Origin: a virus
Reading direction: 5' to 3' (one strand)
DNA: 64,000 nt
Virus record (IMG/VR): IMGVR_UViG_3300024496_000012
The translations under genes were made by a program, and so were the position numbers. Each line of letters opens with the position of its first letter. Position 1 is the stretch's first letter. The notes beneath the pieces are model-generated. The model did not search any database and was not told the origin of the DNA. It worked only from the letters and a program-made list of their open reading frames with translations. Shown piece after piece: positions 17,925-26,190 of this stretch.

Positions 17925-18583
17925 AAATCAAAGACCTACTATTAGAAAATAAAAAAGATCGTAAGGCTAAGAAGTTTAATATTAAGCCAAGAACAGGTCA
18001 TGCTCCTACACAGACAGGTGCTGGTCCCCATAAAGATAAAAAGAAATCTCAAAAACAGGGCGAAGTTAAACACAAGAAACCCATCGAAGTAGATGAAGCA
18101 ACTGGCAATCCAGACGCTGATGCTAAAATAGCAAAGATTGAAGCACATATCTCTAGCTTAGAAAAAATACTTCCTTCGGTTCTAAAAATCAGCAGCGACA
18201 ACCATTATGTGTTTGAAGAAATAGAAAGCCAGATTATGGGGCTAAAACAATCTCTAGAAGGCTTCGATCAAAACAGTGTATTAGATCTAGAAGATGCTAT
18301 TGACGAGTCAGTACAGGCTATACGCCAGGCTAACGGTAGCGTATATAATCTAGAAAAAACAATAAAGAGTCTTATCAAATATGCCAACGACGAGATCGAC
18401 GATATAGTCGACAGTGAAGAATGGGAAAGACGCTACGGCAATAAAGAAGAAACCACAGAAGGTATGAAGTTTCCAATGGCAGGATCATACAAGCAAGGCC
18501 CTGCAGGACAATGGAGTAACCGCGGTTCTAAAAAAAATCGTCCAGCGAAGAGAGGTGATCTAGTTGGAGGTGCAGGACTATAA
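17921..18583 (+). CDS. Hypothetical protein, probable head protein
   Basis: [10 protein letters not shown]-terminus; coiled-coil middle. Confidence 0.65.
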   Translation: MKIKDLLLENKKDRKAKKFNIKPRTGHAPTQTGAGPHKDKKKSQKQGEVKHKKPIEVDEATGNPDADAKIAKIEAHISSLEKILPSVLKISSDNHYVFEEIESQIMGLKQSLEGFDQNSVLDLEDAIDESVQAIRQANGSVYNLEKTIKSLIKYANDEIDDIVDSEEWERRYGNKEETTEGMKFPMAGSYKQGPAGQWSNRGSKKNRPAKRGDLVGGAGL

Positions 18584-18906
18584 TGGTAGAAGTTACTCCA
18601 TCGGCTAAAGTAAAGATACAAGATCTTTTAGATGAGGAAAACAATCCTAATCTAAAGTTGCGCACCTTTGTACAAGGCGGTGGATGTTCTGGATTCCAAT
18701 ACGGTTTTACCTTTGATGACGAGCAGAATGAAGATGATTTTGAAATATCAGTAGGACGTTGGAAAATACTTATAGATTCGATGAGTATGACCTATATGAC
18801 TGGTGCTGTTATTGATTATAAAGAAGATTTGATGGGCAGTCAGTTTACTATAAAAAATCCTAATGCCACTACTACATGTGGCTGTGGCAGTAGCTTTGGA
18901 GTTTAA
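18583..18906 (+). CDS. erpA: A-type Fe-S cluster carrier (ErpA/IscA/HesB)
   Basis: [22 protein letters not shown]. Confidence 0.9.
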   Translation: MVEVTPSAKVKIQDLLDEENNPNLKLRTFVQGGGCSGFQYGFTFDDEQNEDDFEISVGRWKILIDSMSMTYMTGAVIDYKEDLMGSQFTIKNPNATTTCGCGSSFGV

Positions 18907-18907
18907 A

Positions 18908-19243
18908 ATGAGATACAAAGATATTATAAAAAGTGATTTAGATGAGGCAGGCTACTTCGGTGGTGGCGGAAGCTACGATAGAGATTACAATAGTAGCGTA
19001 AGCGGGTTCGGTCGCAGAAATAGAGCTGACGATTGGGACGAGGGTAATACTGAACCACCAAATAACTTTGCCATCTATATCAATGGTAGGAAATGGAAGG
19101 TATTACACGGTCAAGGAACATACGCTGACGATCACAGAGAAATGGCCCAGCTTCGTCGTTTACAAGACATGTGCCGCAGAAAAACTGAGCAGACTGGTAA
19201 AAAATGGGAAGTATCTCGTACAGGTGAAAAGGCCACAGACTAA
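18908..19243 (+). CDS. Hypothetical protein
   Basis: ATG 18908 (MRYKDIIKSDLDE). Confidence 0.65.
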   Translation: MRYKDIIKSDLDEAGYFGGGGSYDRDYNSSVSGFGRRNRADDWDEGNTEPPNNFAIYINGRKWKVLHGQGTYADDHREMAQLRRLQDMCRRKTEQTGKKWEVSRTGEKATD

Positions 19244-19389
19244 TGGACAAAACTCTTAAAGACTATATCGAAAGAACGACAAAACGTCTAGAAGAAGAAA
19301 ATAAGTCACCGGAGCCTCAACAATATCCGGTATACCCAGAAAATAATAACGAAGAAGATACTCCTAAAAATCCTTACGGACAACACTAA
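19243..19389 (+). CDS. Small acidic protein, 48 aa (not in ORF track)
   Basis: MDKTLKDYIERTTKRLEEE...; TAATG-coupled on both sides. Confidence 0.7.
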   Translation: MDKTLKDYIERTTKRLEEENKSPEPQQYPVYPENNNEEDTPKNPYGQH

Positions 19390-20561
19390 TGAAAGCAGCA
19401 GATCTACACTTACCAGAAGGAATGGAAGTCTATGTAGACATGGACGGTGTGATCGCGGACTTCTTTACAGAATATGCTAAACTTGCAGGAGTAAAAAGCG
19501 GTAACTACAGAGACATTCCTCCCGCCAAGGCAGATCCTACATTAGATAAGATGGTCGGTACTGATTTCTTTTTTAGGCTTCCTAAGTTTCCAACAGCAGA
19601 TAAACTTTTAGATATAGTAGTCGATGCTGCCGGAAGTTATAAGATCTGTTCAAGTCCTCTTAGAGGAGATCACGAGAACTCAGGTGTACAAAAGCGTAGA
19701 TGGATTCAAAAGAATCTACATGTACAACCTAAAGAAATCATTATAACTCCTAACAAGGCCAAATATGCTAAAAGTCCCAATGGACTTCCTAACGTATTAA
19801 TCGACGATCGAGGAAGCAATATAACATCATGGGAAGCTGCTGGCGGCATCGGTATCAAATATCAAGCAGACGAAGACAGTCTTAGAGTTATCTTAGACGG
19901 GCTTAAACGTGCCAGACGTGTAGCCAAAGGCGAACAAGATCACGAGCCTCAACAACTTGTTAGCAAAGATAGAGGTGGTAGTAACGCTATTGCTACAGCA
20001 AAAGATGAAAGCATCAGAGAAGACTATCATCCACATCAGAAAAAAGTAGAACACTTTATAAAATGGGTTTACAAAAAGCTAAACCTACACGATCCCCTAC
20101 CAGAGATTATTTTTAGTAACAATACTAAGTTAGCAAAAAGCAAACATAGAACTGGTTATTTTAATAAAGAGAAAAATGTAATATATGTCTATACAGGACA
20201 TAGAAATCTAGTAGATATCTTTAGAACCCTAGCGCATGAAATGACTCATGAAAAACAGGGTGAAGAGGGTCGTATACATGGACATAGTCCTCCCGGGAGT
20301 CCCAATGAAATGGATGCAGATTCCAAAGCAGGATATCTGATGAAACTTTATACCAAGTCGCATCCTGAAATAATCGACGGTTCGTTAACTAAAGAAAACT
20401 TCGCGGACGGTAAAGGTCCTGGTCGTCCGGGTGATAGCCAACGTCACGGAATACCCAAAAAAGCTACTATGGCTGAACTAGAAAAGGCTTCACATGCAAA
20501 AGGGCGTAAAGGACAACTGGCCCGCTGGCAGATAAATATGCGTAGAGGGCATAAAAAATGA
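19389..20561 (+). CDS. HAD 5'(3')-deoxyribonucleotidase-like domain fused to a HExxH metallopeptidase-like domain and a basic tail
   Basis: DMDGV, LIDDR (HAD); LAHEMTHE; ENFADGK...ARWQINM tail. Confidence 0.8.
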   Translation: MKAADLHLPEGMEVYVDMDGVIADFFTEYAKLAGVKSGNYRDIPPAKADPTLDKMVGTDFFFRLPKFPTADKLLDIVVDAAGSYKICSSPLRGDHENSGVQKRRWIQKNLHVQPKEIIITPNKAKYAKSPNGLPNVLIDDRGSNITSWEAAGGIGIKYQADEDSLRVILDGLKRARRVAKGEQDHEPQQLVSKDRGGSNAIATAKDESIREDYHPHQKKVEHFIKWVYKKLNLHDPLPEIIFSNNTKLAKSKHRTGYFNKEKNVIYVYTGHRNLVDIFRTLAHEMTHEKQGEEGRIHGHSPPGSPNEMDADSKAGYLMKLYTKSHPEIIDGSLTKENFADGKGPGRPGDSQRHGIPKKATMAELEKASHAKGRKGQLARWQINMRRGHKK

Positions 20562-20743
20562 GACTAGCAGAAATATTAAGGAAACCTGTAAAAGAGTCCG
20601 CTTCAGCGGGTGCTACAGGCGCAGGAGCTATAGCTAGTACATCTGCTACAGGAGCAGGCCCTAATGTAGGAACGCTGTTTGGGGGCAGTTACGGGCAGAA
20701 ACGTAAGAGCAAGAAGAAAAGCGAATCTATTATCAAAAGATAA
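20558..20743 (+). CDS. Small hypothetical protein, probable head protein
   Basis: MRLAEIL...VKE/SASAGATG. Confidence 0.65.
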   Translation: MRLAEILRKPVKESASAGATGAGAIASTSATGAGPNVGTLFGGSYGQKRKSKKKSESIIKR

Positions 20744-20778
20744 ATACATTATGAACCTTAAAACGCAAGGACACTAAC

Positions 20779-21621
20779 ATGGATTTTAAAGCACTCATTA
20801 ACAAGATCGGAGAACTAGATGACAAGATCAGCTCAGTTCCTGCACCACAGCTACCTAAAGCTGTACAGCTAAACGAAGACGCCCAGCTTCGTGTACTAGC
20901 TGGCACTTCTTCATATATTTCAGAAGCTAAGAAAAAAGCTGAAGAAAAGAAAGAAGATAAAGAAGAAGTCAAAGAAGAAATGAAAGTCGGCGATAAGAAG
21001 CCAAGCTCAACTGGCGGAACTATCGAAAAGACTAAAACAGGTATCAAACACCACGCAGGCAAGAACTACGGCGGTGATAAAGCTCCTAATGTTAGTGACG
21101 ACGAAGACGCACCAAAGAAGAAAGCTAAGAAAGAATCCATCGATCCAGTGGCATTTAAATCTAAGTTCAGCAAGATGGTAGAAGCCAAGAAAGCTGACGA
21201 CAAGAAGAAAGCCAAGAAGGAAAAGATGGAAGAAGGTTCTAAGCCAGATTTCCTAGATCTAGACAAAGACGGCAACAAGAAAGAACCAATGAAGAGTGCT
21301 GCTAAATCCAAGGGCGGAGACAAGAAGGACGATAAAAAGGGCATGAGTGCTAAACAAGCCAAGTTCTTCGGTAAAAAGAAAGCAGTTAAAGAAAGCATAG
21401 AACAAAAACTAACTTTCAAACAAATGATCCAACTAGTCCGTGAAAGCGGTGGCCAACAACAAATCGATCCAGTTGATCGTGAACTGTTTGCTTGGGCAAC
21501 TAGAATCGCTCAAAGAAAGTTTAACGAATCAGCCAAACAAGAAGTTTATGCTGGTTTAGTATACGAGCGTATGGGCGGTGTATTTGAAATGTACGACGTT
21601 CTATCCGAAGCACAAAAATAA
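20779..21621 (+). CDS. Lys/Glu-rich probable internal head protein with EF-hand-like loop
   Basis: KPDFLDLDKDGNKKEPMK; many xE/S and xE/A junctions. Confidence 0.65.
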   Translation: MDFKALINKIGELDDKISSVPAPQLPKAVQLNEDAQLRVLAGTSSYISEAKKKAEEKKEDKEEVKEEMKVGDKKPSSTGGTIEKTKTGIKHHAGKNYGGDKAPNVSDDEDAPKKKAKKESIDPVAFKSKFSKMVEAKKADDKKKAKKEKMEEGSKPDFLDLDKDGNKKEPMKSAAKSKGGDKKDDKKGMSAKQAKFFGKKKAVKESIEQKLTFKQMIQLVRESGGQQQIDPVDRELFAWATRIAQRKFNESAKQEVYAGLVYERMGGVFEMYDVLSEAQK

Positions 21622-21640
21622 TTTTTGTTTTTGGTAATAT

Positions 21641-21670
21641 AAAGCCAGTCATAGGTTGACTGGCTTTTTT
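21641..21670 (+). terminator. Rho-independent terminator
   Basis: AAAGCCAGTCA-taggt-TGACTGGCTTT followed by a T run. Confidence 0.8.
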
Positions 21671-21684
21671 TATGACTATATACT
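21656..21684 (+). promoter_or_regulatory. Sigma70-type promoter for the replication operon
   Basis: TTGACT-17 nt-TATACT. Confidence 0.7.
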
Positions 21685-21707
21685 TGTCTTATAGTCAGGA
21701 GAAACTA

Positions 21708-21968
21708 ATGGCAAAAATCTATGGTCCGGAAGAAAAAGCAAAACTAGAAAGATTGATCAACGAAGGATCAAATGTCCTACGCGAAGTAGAAGATCTGCAA
21801 GAAGGTCTTAAAGAAACAGTCAAGGCAGTAGCAGAAGAACTACAACTTAAACCAAGTATTATCAATAAAGCTATTCGCATCGCACATAAAGACAACTGGA
21901 AAGATCACGAAAACGAATGGGAAGAAATCGAAGGTATTCTTGGTGTTACTAAACGCTTACCAGAATGA
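21708..21968 (+). CDS. Small helical dsDNA-binding protein (T4 DsbA/GapR-like)
   Basis: LxxLINE...LKETVKAVAEELQLKPSIINKAIRIAHK pattern; AGGAG SD. Confidence 0.55.
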   Translation: MAKIYGPEEKAKLERLINEGSNVLREVEDLQEGLKETVKAVAEELQLKPSIINKAIRIAHKDNWKDHENEWEEIEGILGVTKRLPE

Positions 21969-22255
21969 TAGACTTATTAAAACCAACCTTTGATTGGATA
22001 CGAGATGACTGGAACAGTAATCCTTTCCGTTTTATTGTTGAGCTTGTCGCTTGGGCTGTCAGTATTGGGTGCAGTATTACTATGGCTGTTACTGTCCCCA
22101 ACCCACCACTTCTCGCTCTTTATCCTGTTTGGATCTCTGGCTGCGCCATGTATGCTTGGGCTGCTTATACTAGGAAATCATTTGGCATGTTGGCTAACTA
22201 CATCTTGTTGACCAGTATTGATACATACGGTCTGATAAGAATGCTAACTAATTAA
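21965..22255 (+). CDS. Small multi-pass membrane protein
   Basis: Several hydrophobic segments. Confidence 0.65.
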   Translation: MIDLLKPTFDWIRDDWNSNPFRFIVELVAWAVSIGCSITMAVTVPNPPLLALYPVWISGCAMYAWAAYTRKSFGMLANYILLTSIDTYGLIRMLTN

Positions 22256-22265
22256 TATAAGGTTC

Positions 22266-22313
22266 GATCAGCCATAAATGATCAGTTGGGTATTTGCGAG
22301 CCGAAAATCGCAA
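22266..22313 (+). promoter_or_regulatory. Tandem hairpins abutting the polB SD (candidate translational operator)
   Basis: GATCA-gccataaa-TGATC and TTGCGA-gccgaaaa-TCGCAA. Confidence 0.6.
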
Positions 22314-22323
22314 GGAGAAAAAT

Positions 22324-24993
22324 ATGAGTTACGTTGACGCATTCTATGATCGCGAAGACGACATTATTCGTGTCGTTGAGCGCAATGAAAAAGGTGAAAG
22401 GCATTTTAAAGATTATCCTGCCAAGCATCTTTTCTATTATTACGATCCCAAGGGCAAGTATCAAAGTATCAAAGGTGAACCACTCACCCGTGTAGTCTGT
22501 AAAAATATCAAAGAACTACGAAAAGAACTTGCTATACATTCAAACAAAAAGCTATACGAATCAGACATCAATCCTATCTTTAGATGTCTAGAAGACCATT
22601 ATATCAACATTGACGCTCCAAAACTAAATGTAGCATTTTTCGATATTGAGGTCGATTTCGACCCTGCTAGAGGATATGCTAGCCCAGACGATGCATTTAT
22701 GCCTATCACATCTATCGCTGTGCATCTACAATGGGTTGACACATTAGTTTGTTTAGCTATGCCACCTAAGACGCTATCTATGGCTGAAGCAACCAAGGCT
22801 GTAGAAGATTTTCCTAATACCATGCTATTCGACAACGAAGCAGATATGTTAGATGCTTTTCTAGATCTGATACAAGATGCTGATGTTTTAAGCGGGTGGA
22901 ACAGTGAAGGGTTTGATATTCCCTATACGGTCAATCGTGTTACCAAAGTCCTAAGCAAAGAAGATACACGTCGTTTCTGCCTTTGGAACCAATATCCTAA
23001 GAAAAGAGAGTATGAAAAGTTTGGTAAGACAGCGGTCACATATGATCTAATCGGTCGTGTTCACTTAGATAGTCTTGAGCTATATCGCAAATATACCTAT
23101 GAAGAGCGTCACACTTATCGACTAGATGCGATCGGTGAGATGGAGATTGGCGAAAACAAAACAGTCTACGAAGGCACACTCGATGCGTTGTATAACAATG
23201 ACTTTAAAAAGTTTATTGAATACAACAGACAAGATACAAGCCTACTTGATAAGTTAGATAAAAAACTAAAGTTCTTAGATCTGTCAAACAAGATCGCACA
23301 CGAAAATACTGTATTGCTACAGACAACTATGGGTGCGGTAGCTGTTACTGAACAGGCTATTATCAATGAAGCACATCGCAGAGGTATGATCGTTCCTAAT
23401 CGTAAGAAGATGGAAGAACACGGTGATACACAGGCCGCAGGTGCGTATGTTGCATATCCTAAGAAAGGCATCCACGAGTGGATTGGTTCTTTAGATATTA
23501 ACTCATTGTATCCTAGTGCCATTCGTGCATTAAACATGGGGCCCGAAACTATCGTAGGACAACTGCGCCAAGATGGGACCAAAGCACACCTCGAAGCTGA
23601 AATGGCCAAAGGTAAGAGTTTTGCGGCCGCTTGGGAAGGCATCTTTGGAAGTCTAGAATACACTTCAGTGATGGAAAGAGAAGTAGGACGAGACATAACT
23701 ATCGACTGGGAAGGTGGCGGCAGCGATACCCTTAGTGCCGCTCAAGTTTATGATCTTATATTTGAAAGTAATCAACCATGGATGATCAGTGCCAACGGTA
23801 CTATCTTCACATATGAAACTGAAGGAATCATTCCTGGTCTGCTAGCTCGTTGGTATAAAGAGCGTAAAGAGATGCAGGCCAAACTTAAAGAATCTATCGC
23901 GGCAGGTAACAAGATTGAAGAAGAATATTGGGACAAGCGTCAACTGGTTAAAAAGATTAATCTTAATAGCCTTTATGGTGCAATCCTTAATCCTGGTTGT
24001 CGCTTTTTCGATAATAGGATCGGGCAATCTACCACGCTTACGGGCAGAGCTATTGCAAAACATATGGCCAGTAAAGTAAACGAAATCATTACCGGAGAGT
24101 ATGACCATATCGGTCGAGCTATCATCTACGGTGACACAGACTCTTGTTACTTCTCTGCGTATACTACGCTAAAGAAGGACATTGAGAAAGGATTGATTCC
24201 TTGGACTAGAGAATCAGTCGTAGAACTTTATGACACCATAGGAGAAACTGTAAATGGAACCTTCGTCAAGTTCATGTCAGACGCTTTCCACGTGCCAAAA
24301 TCTAGAGGAGAGGTCATCAAGGCAGGTCGCGAGATTGTTGCAAGCAAAGGACTCTTTATTACAAAGAAACGATATGCAGTCCTCTACTACGACAAAGAAG
24401 GCAAGCGATCAGACGTCGACGGCAAACCAGGCAAGATTAAAGCCATGGGGCTCGACCTCAAGCGGTCAGATACCCCGGTTGTTATCCAAGACTTTCTCAG
24501 TGAAGTCTTGACCCGAGTACTAAATGGCGTACCTAAAGAAGAAGTGTTAGAATATATCACTGACTTCCGAACCGATTTTAAAACTAGACCAGGTTGGGAA
24601 AAAGGTTCACCTAAACGTGCCAACAACATTACAGAGTATGCAGCCAAAGAAAAGAAAGCAGGCAAGGCCAATATGCCAGGTCATGTTAGAGCTTCCTTAA
24701 ACTGGAATACTTTGAAACGTATGTTTGACGACAAGTATTCTATGACTATCGTAGACGGTGCCAAGGTCATCGTCTGCAAGCTCAAAGAAAATCCTATGGG
24801 CTATACATCTGTGGCTTACCCAGTCGACGAACTGAGATTGCCGCAGTGGTTTAAAGATCTTCCATTTGACGATCATCAGATGGAAAATACCGTTATCGAT
24901 GAAAAGCTAGAAAACTTGATCGGGGTCCTTGAATGGGACATCAGTCAAACTAGAAGCGATAATACCTTTAACAAGTTATTTGATTTTGAGTGA
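22324..24993 (+). CDS. Family B DNA polymerase (T4 gp43-like)
   Basis: FFDIEVD exonuclease, SLDINSLYPS, KINLNSLYG, YGDTDS; AAGGAG SD before ATG 22324. Confidence 0.97.
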   Translation: MSYVDAFYDREDDIIRVVERNEKGERHFKDYPAKHLFYYYDPKGKYQSIKGEPLTRVVCKNIKELRKELAIHSNKKLYESDINPIFRCLEDHYINIDAPKLNVAFFDIEVDFDPARGYASPDDAFMPITSIAVHLQWVDTLVCLAMPPKTLSMAEATKAVEDFPNTMLFDNEADMLDAFLDLIQDADVLSGWNSEGFDIPYTVNRVTKVLSKEDTRRFCLWNQYPKKREYEKFGKTAVTYDLIGRVHLDSLELYRKYTYEERHTYRLDAIGEMEIGENKTVYEGTLDALYNNDFKKFIEYNRQDTSLLDKLDKKLKFLDLSNKIAHENTVLLQTTMGAVAVTEQAIINEAHRRGMIVPNRKKMEEHGDTQAAGAYVAYPKKGIHEWIGSLDINSLYPSAIRALNMGPETIVGQLRQDGTKAHLEAEMAKGKSFAAAWEGIFGSLEYTSVMEREVGRDITIDWEGGGSDTLSAAQVYDLIFESNQPWMISANGTIFTYETEGIIPGLLARWYKERKEMQAKLKESIAAGNKIEEEYWDKRQLVKKINLNSLYGAILNPGCRFFDNRIGQSTTLTGRAIAKHMASKVNEIITGEYDHIGRAIIYGDTDSCYFSAYTTLKKDIEKGLIPWTRESVVELYDTIGETVNGTFVKFMSDAFHVPKSRGEVIKAGREIVASKGLFITKKRYAVLYYDKEGKRSDVDGKPGKIKAMGLDLKRSDTPVVIQDFLSEVLTRVLNGVPKEEVLEYITDFRTDFKTRPGWEKGSPKRANNITEYAAKEKKAGKANMPGHVRASLNWNTLKRMFDDKYSMTIVDGAKVIVCKLKENPMGYTSVAYPVDELRLPQWFKDLPFDDHQMENTVIDEKLENLIGVLEWDISQTRSDNTFNKLFDFE

Positions 24994-25053
24994 TTTGACA
25001 CTTGTTTTTTTCTCAAGATCTAAATATAATCAGATTATAACTGGAGAACTCTA

Positions 25054-25791
25054 ATGAAAGACATTTTACAAGATATCGTGGGTCATACACAGAACCTCGG
25101 TTTTCTAACTACCGTCAAGGTAACAGGTACAGAAGAAAAGACAACTATTAACTCAATGGCAGATGACCGTTCAGTTATCATGGAAGCTGAAACTTCTGCT
25201 CCATATGCAGACATGATTGGCGTATTCGGTATGCCGCAACTGCAAAAGCTAAAGTATCTGCTAGATGGTGCAGAATACAAAGATGATGCTAAAATCACTA
25301 TCACTACAGCAGAACGCAATGGCGAAACTATTCCTGTAGGCATCCACTTTGAAAACAAAGACGGTGACTTCAAGAACGACTATCGTTTTATGAACTCAGA
25401 AATCATCAACGAAAAGATGAAGACTGTCAAGTTCCGTGGTGTTAAGTGGGACGTAGAAGTAGAACCTACTGTTGCTGCTGTACAGCGTTTTAACTTCCAA
25501 GCAGGTGCTAACAACGAGCATCCAACATTCCTTGCCAAGACAGAAGGTGGAAATCTAAAGTTTATCTTCGGTGATGCATCAACACACGGCGGAGAGTTTA
25601 TCTTTGCACAGAATGTACCAGGTAAACTTGATCGTGGTTGGACTTGGCCTGTGTTGCCTATCTTGAGTATTCTTAAGATTTCAGATGTCAACAACACCAA
25701 GATGTCATTGAGCAATGAAGGCGCTATCCAGATCACGCTAGACAGCGGATTGGCAACTTACAAATACATTATTCCAGCACAGGCGGCCTAA
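25054..25791 (+). CDS. Probable sliding clamp (gp45-like)
   Basis: 245 aa, alternating alpha/beta pattern, directly after polB, clamp loader present; no diagnostic motif. Confidence 0.55.
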   Translation: MKDILQDIVGHTQNLGFLTTVKVTGTEEKTTINSMADDRSVIMEAETSAPYADMIGVFGMPQLQKLKYLLDGAEYKDDAKITITTAERNGETIPVGIHFENKDGDFKNDYRFMNSEIINEKMKTVKFRGVKWDVEVEPTVAAVQRFNFQAGANNEHPTFLAKTEGGNLKFIFGDASTHGGEFIFAQNVPGKLDRGWTWPVLPILSILKISDVNNTKMSLSNEGAIQITLDSGLATYKYIIPAQAA

Positions 25792-26189
25792 TGATTAGTA
25801 CTATTATGCCCACAGGTAGATATGTGCAGGTGTCAGGAGGCGGCGCCAGCACATACGTCAATAACTATTCTGGTTCACAGGGTGTCGGCAACATGCGATA
25901 CAATACCAGTATGCAATGCATGGAAGTCTTTGACGGTCAGAACTGGCAAAAGATAAACATGGCAACCGCTTCAGTTGGCCTAAATCACGAAGCAGAGTCA
26001 TTGCTAGACTGGGCCCGTGATAAACGTGCCGAAGAACTACAGTGGAAATCATTGGCTGAAACTAACTCCGCTGTTAAAATAGCATTAGAAAATCTAGAAA
26101 AAGCAAAACAACAACTAAAAATAACTGCGACATTGGCACAAGAAACATCACGTGACTATGGAGAAGTTATGGAACAGGCAAGCCCATAA
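25791..26189 (+). CDS. Hypothetical protein
   Basis: Coupled ORF. Confidence 0.65.
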   Translation: MISTIMPTGRYVQVSGGGASTYVNNYSGSQGVGNMRYNTSMQCMEVFDGQNWQKINMATASVGLNHEAESLLDWARDKRAEELQWKSLAETNSAVKIALENLEKAKQQLKITATLAQETSRDYGEVMEQASP

Positions 26190-26190
26190 T

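Noticed and set aside
21965-22255. PnuC-type nicotinamide riboside transporter forming an NAD-rescue pathway with the 17334 gene
   Set aside because: The protein is only 96 aa, lacks a recognisable PnuC motif, and no Nampt or NadR partner is in view.
13356-24671. Antisense ORFs over clpA, the 16007 gene and polB (e.g. 13356-13697, 15958-16518, 23166-23696)
   Set aside because: Each lies wholly or largely opposite a well-supported gene and has the Ser/Leu-rich composition typical of shadow ORFs.
22324-24993. Intein, intron or split in polB
   Set aside because: Exonuclease and polymerase motifs are contiguous in an 889-aa ORF of normal size.
24995-25030. Sigma70 promoter TTGACA...TATAAT before the clamp gene
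   Set aside because: Spacing is 24 nt, not 16-18; the TAAATA at 25021 is a better candidate.
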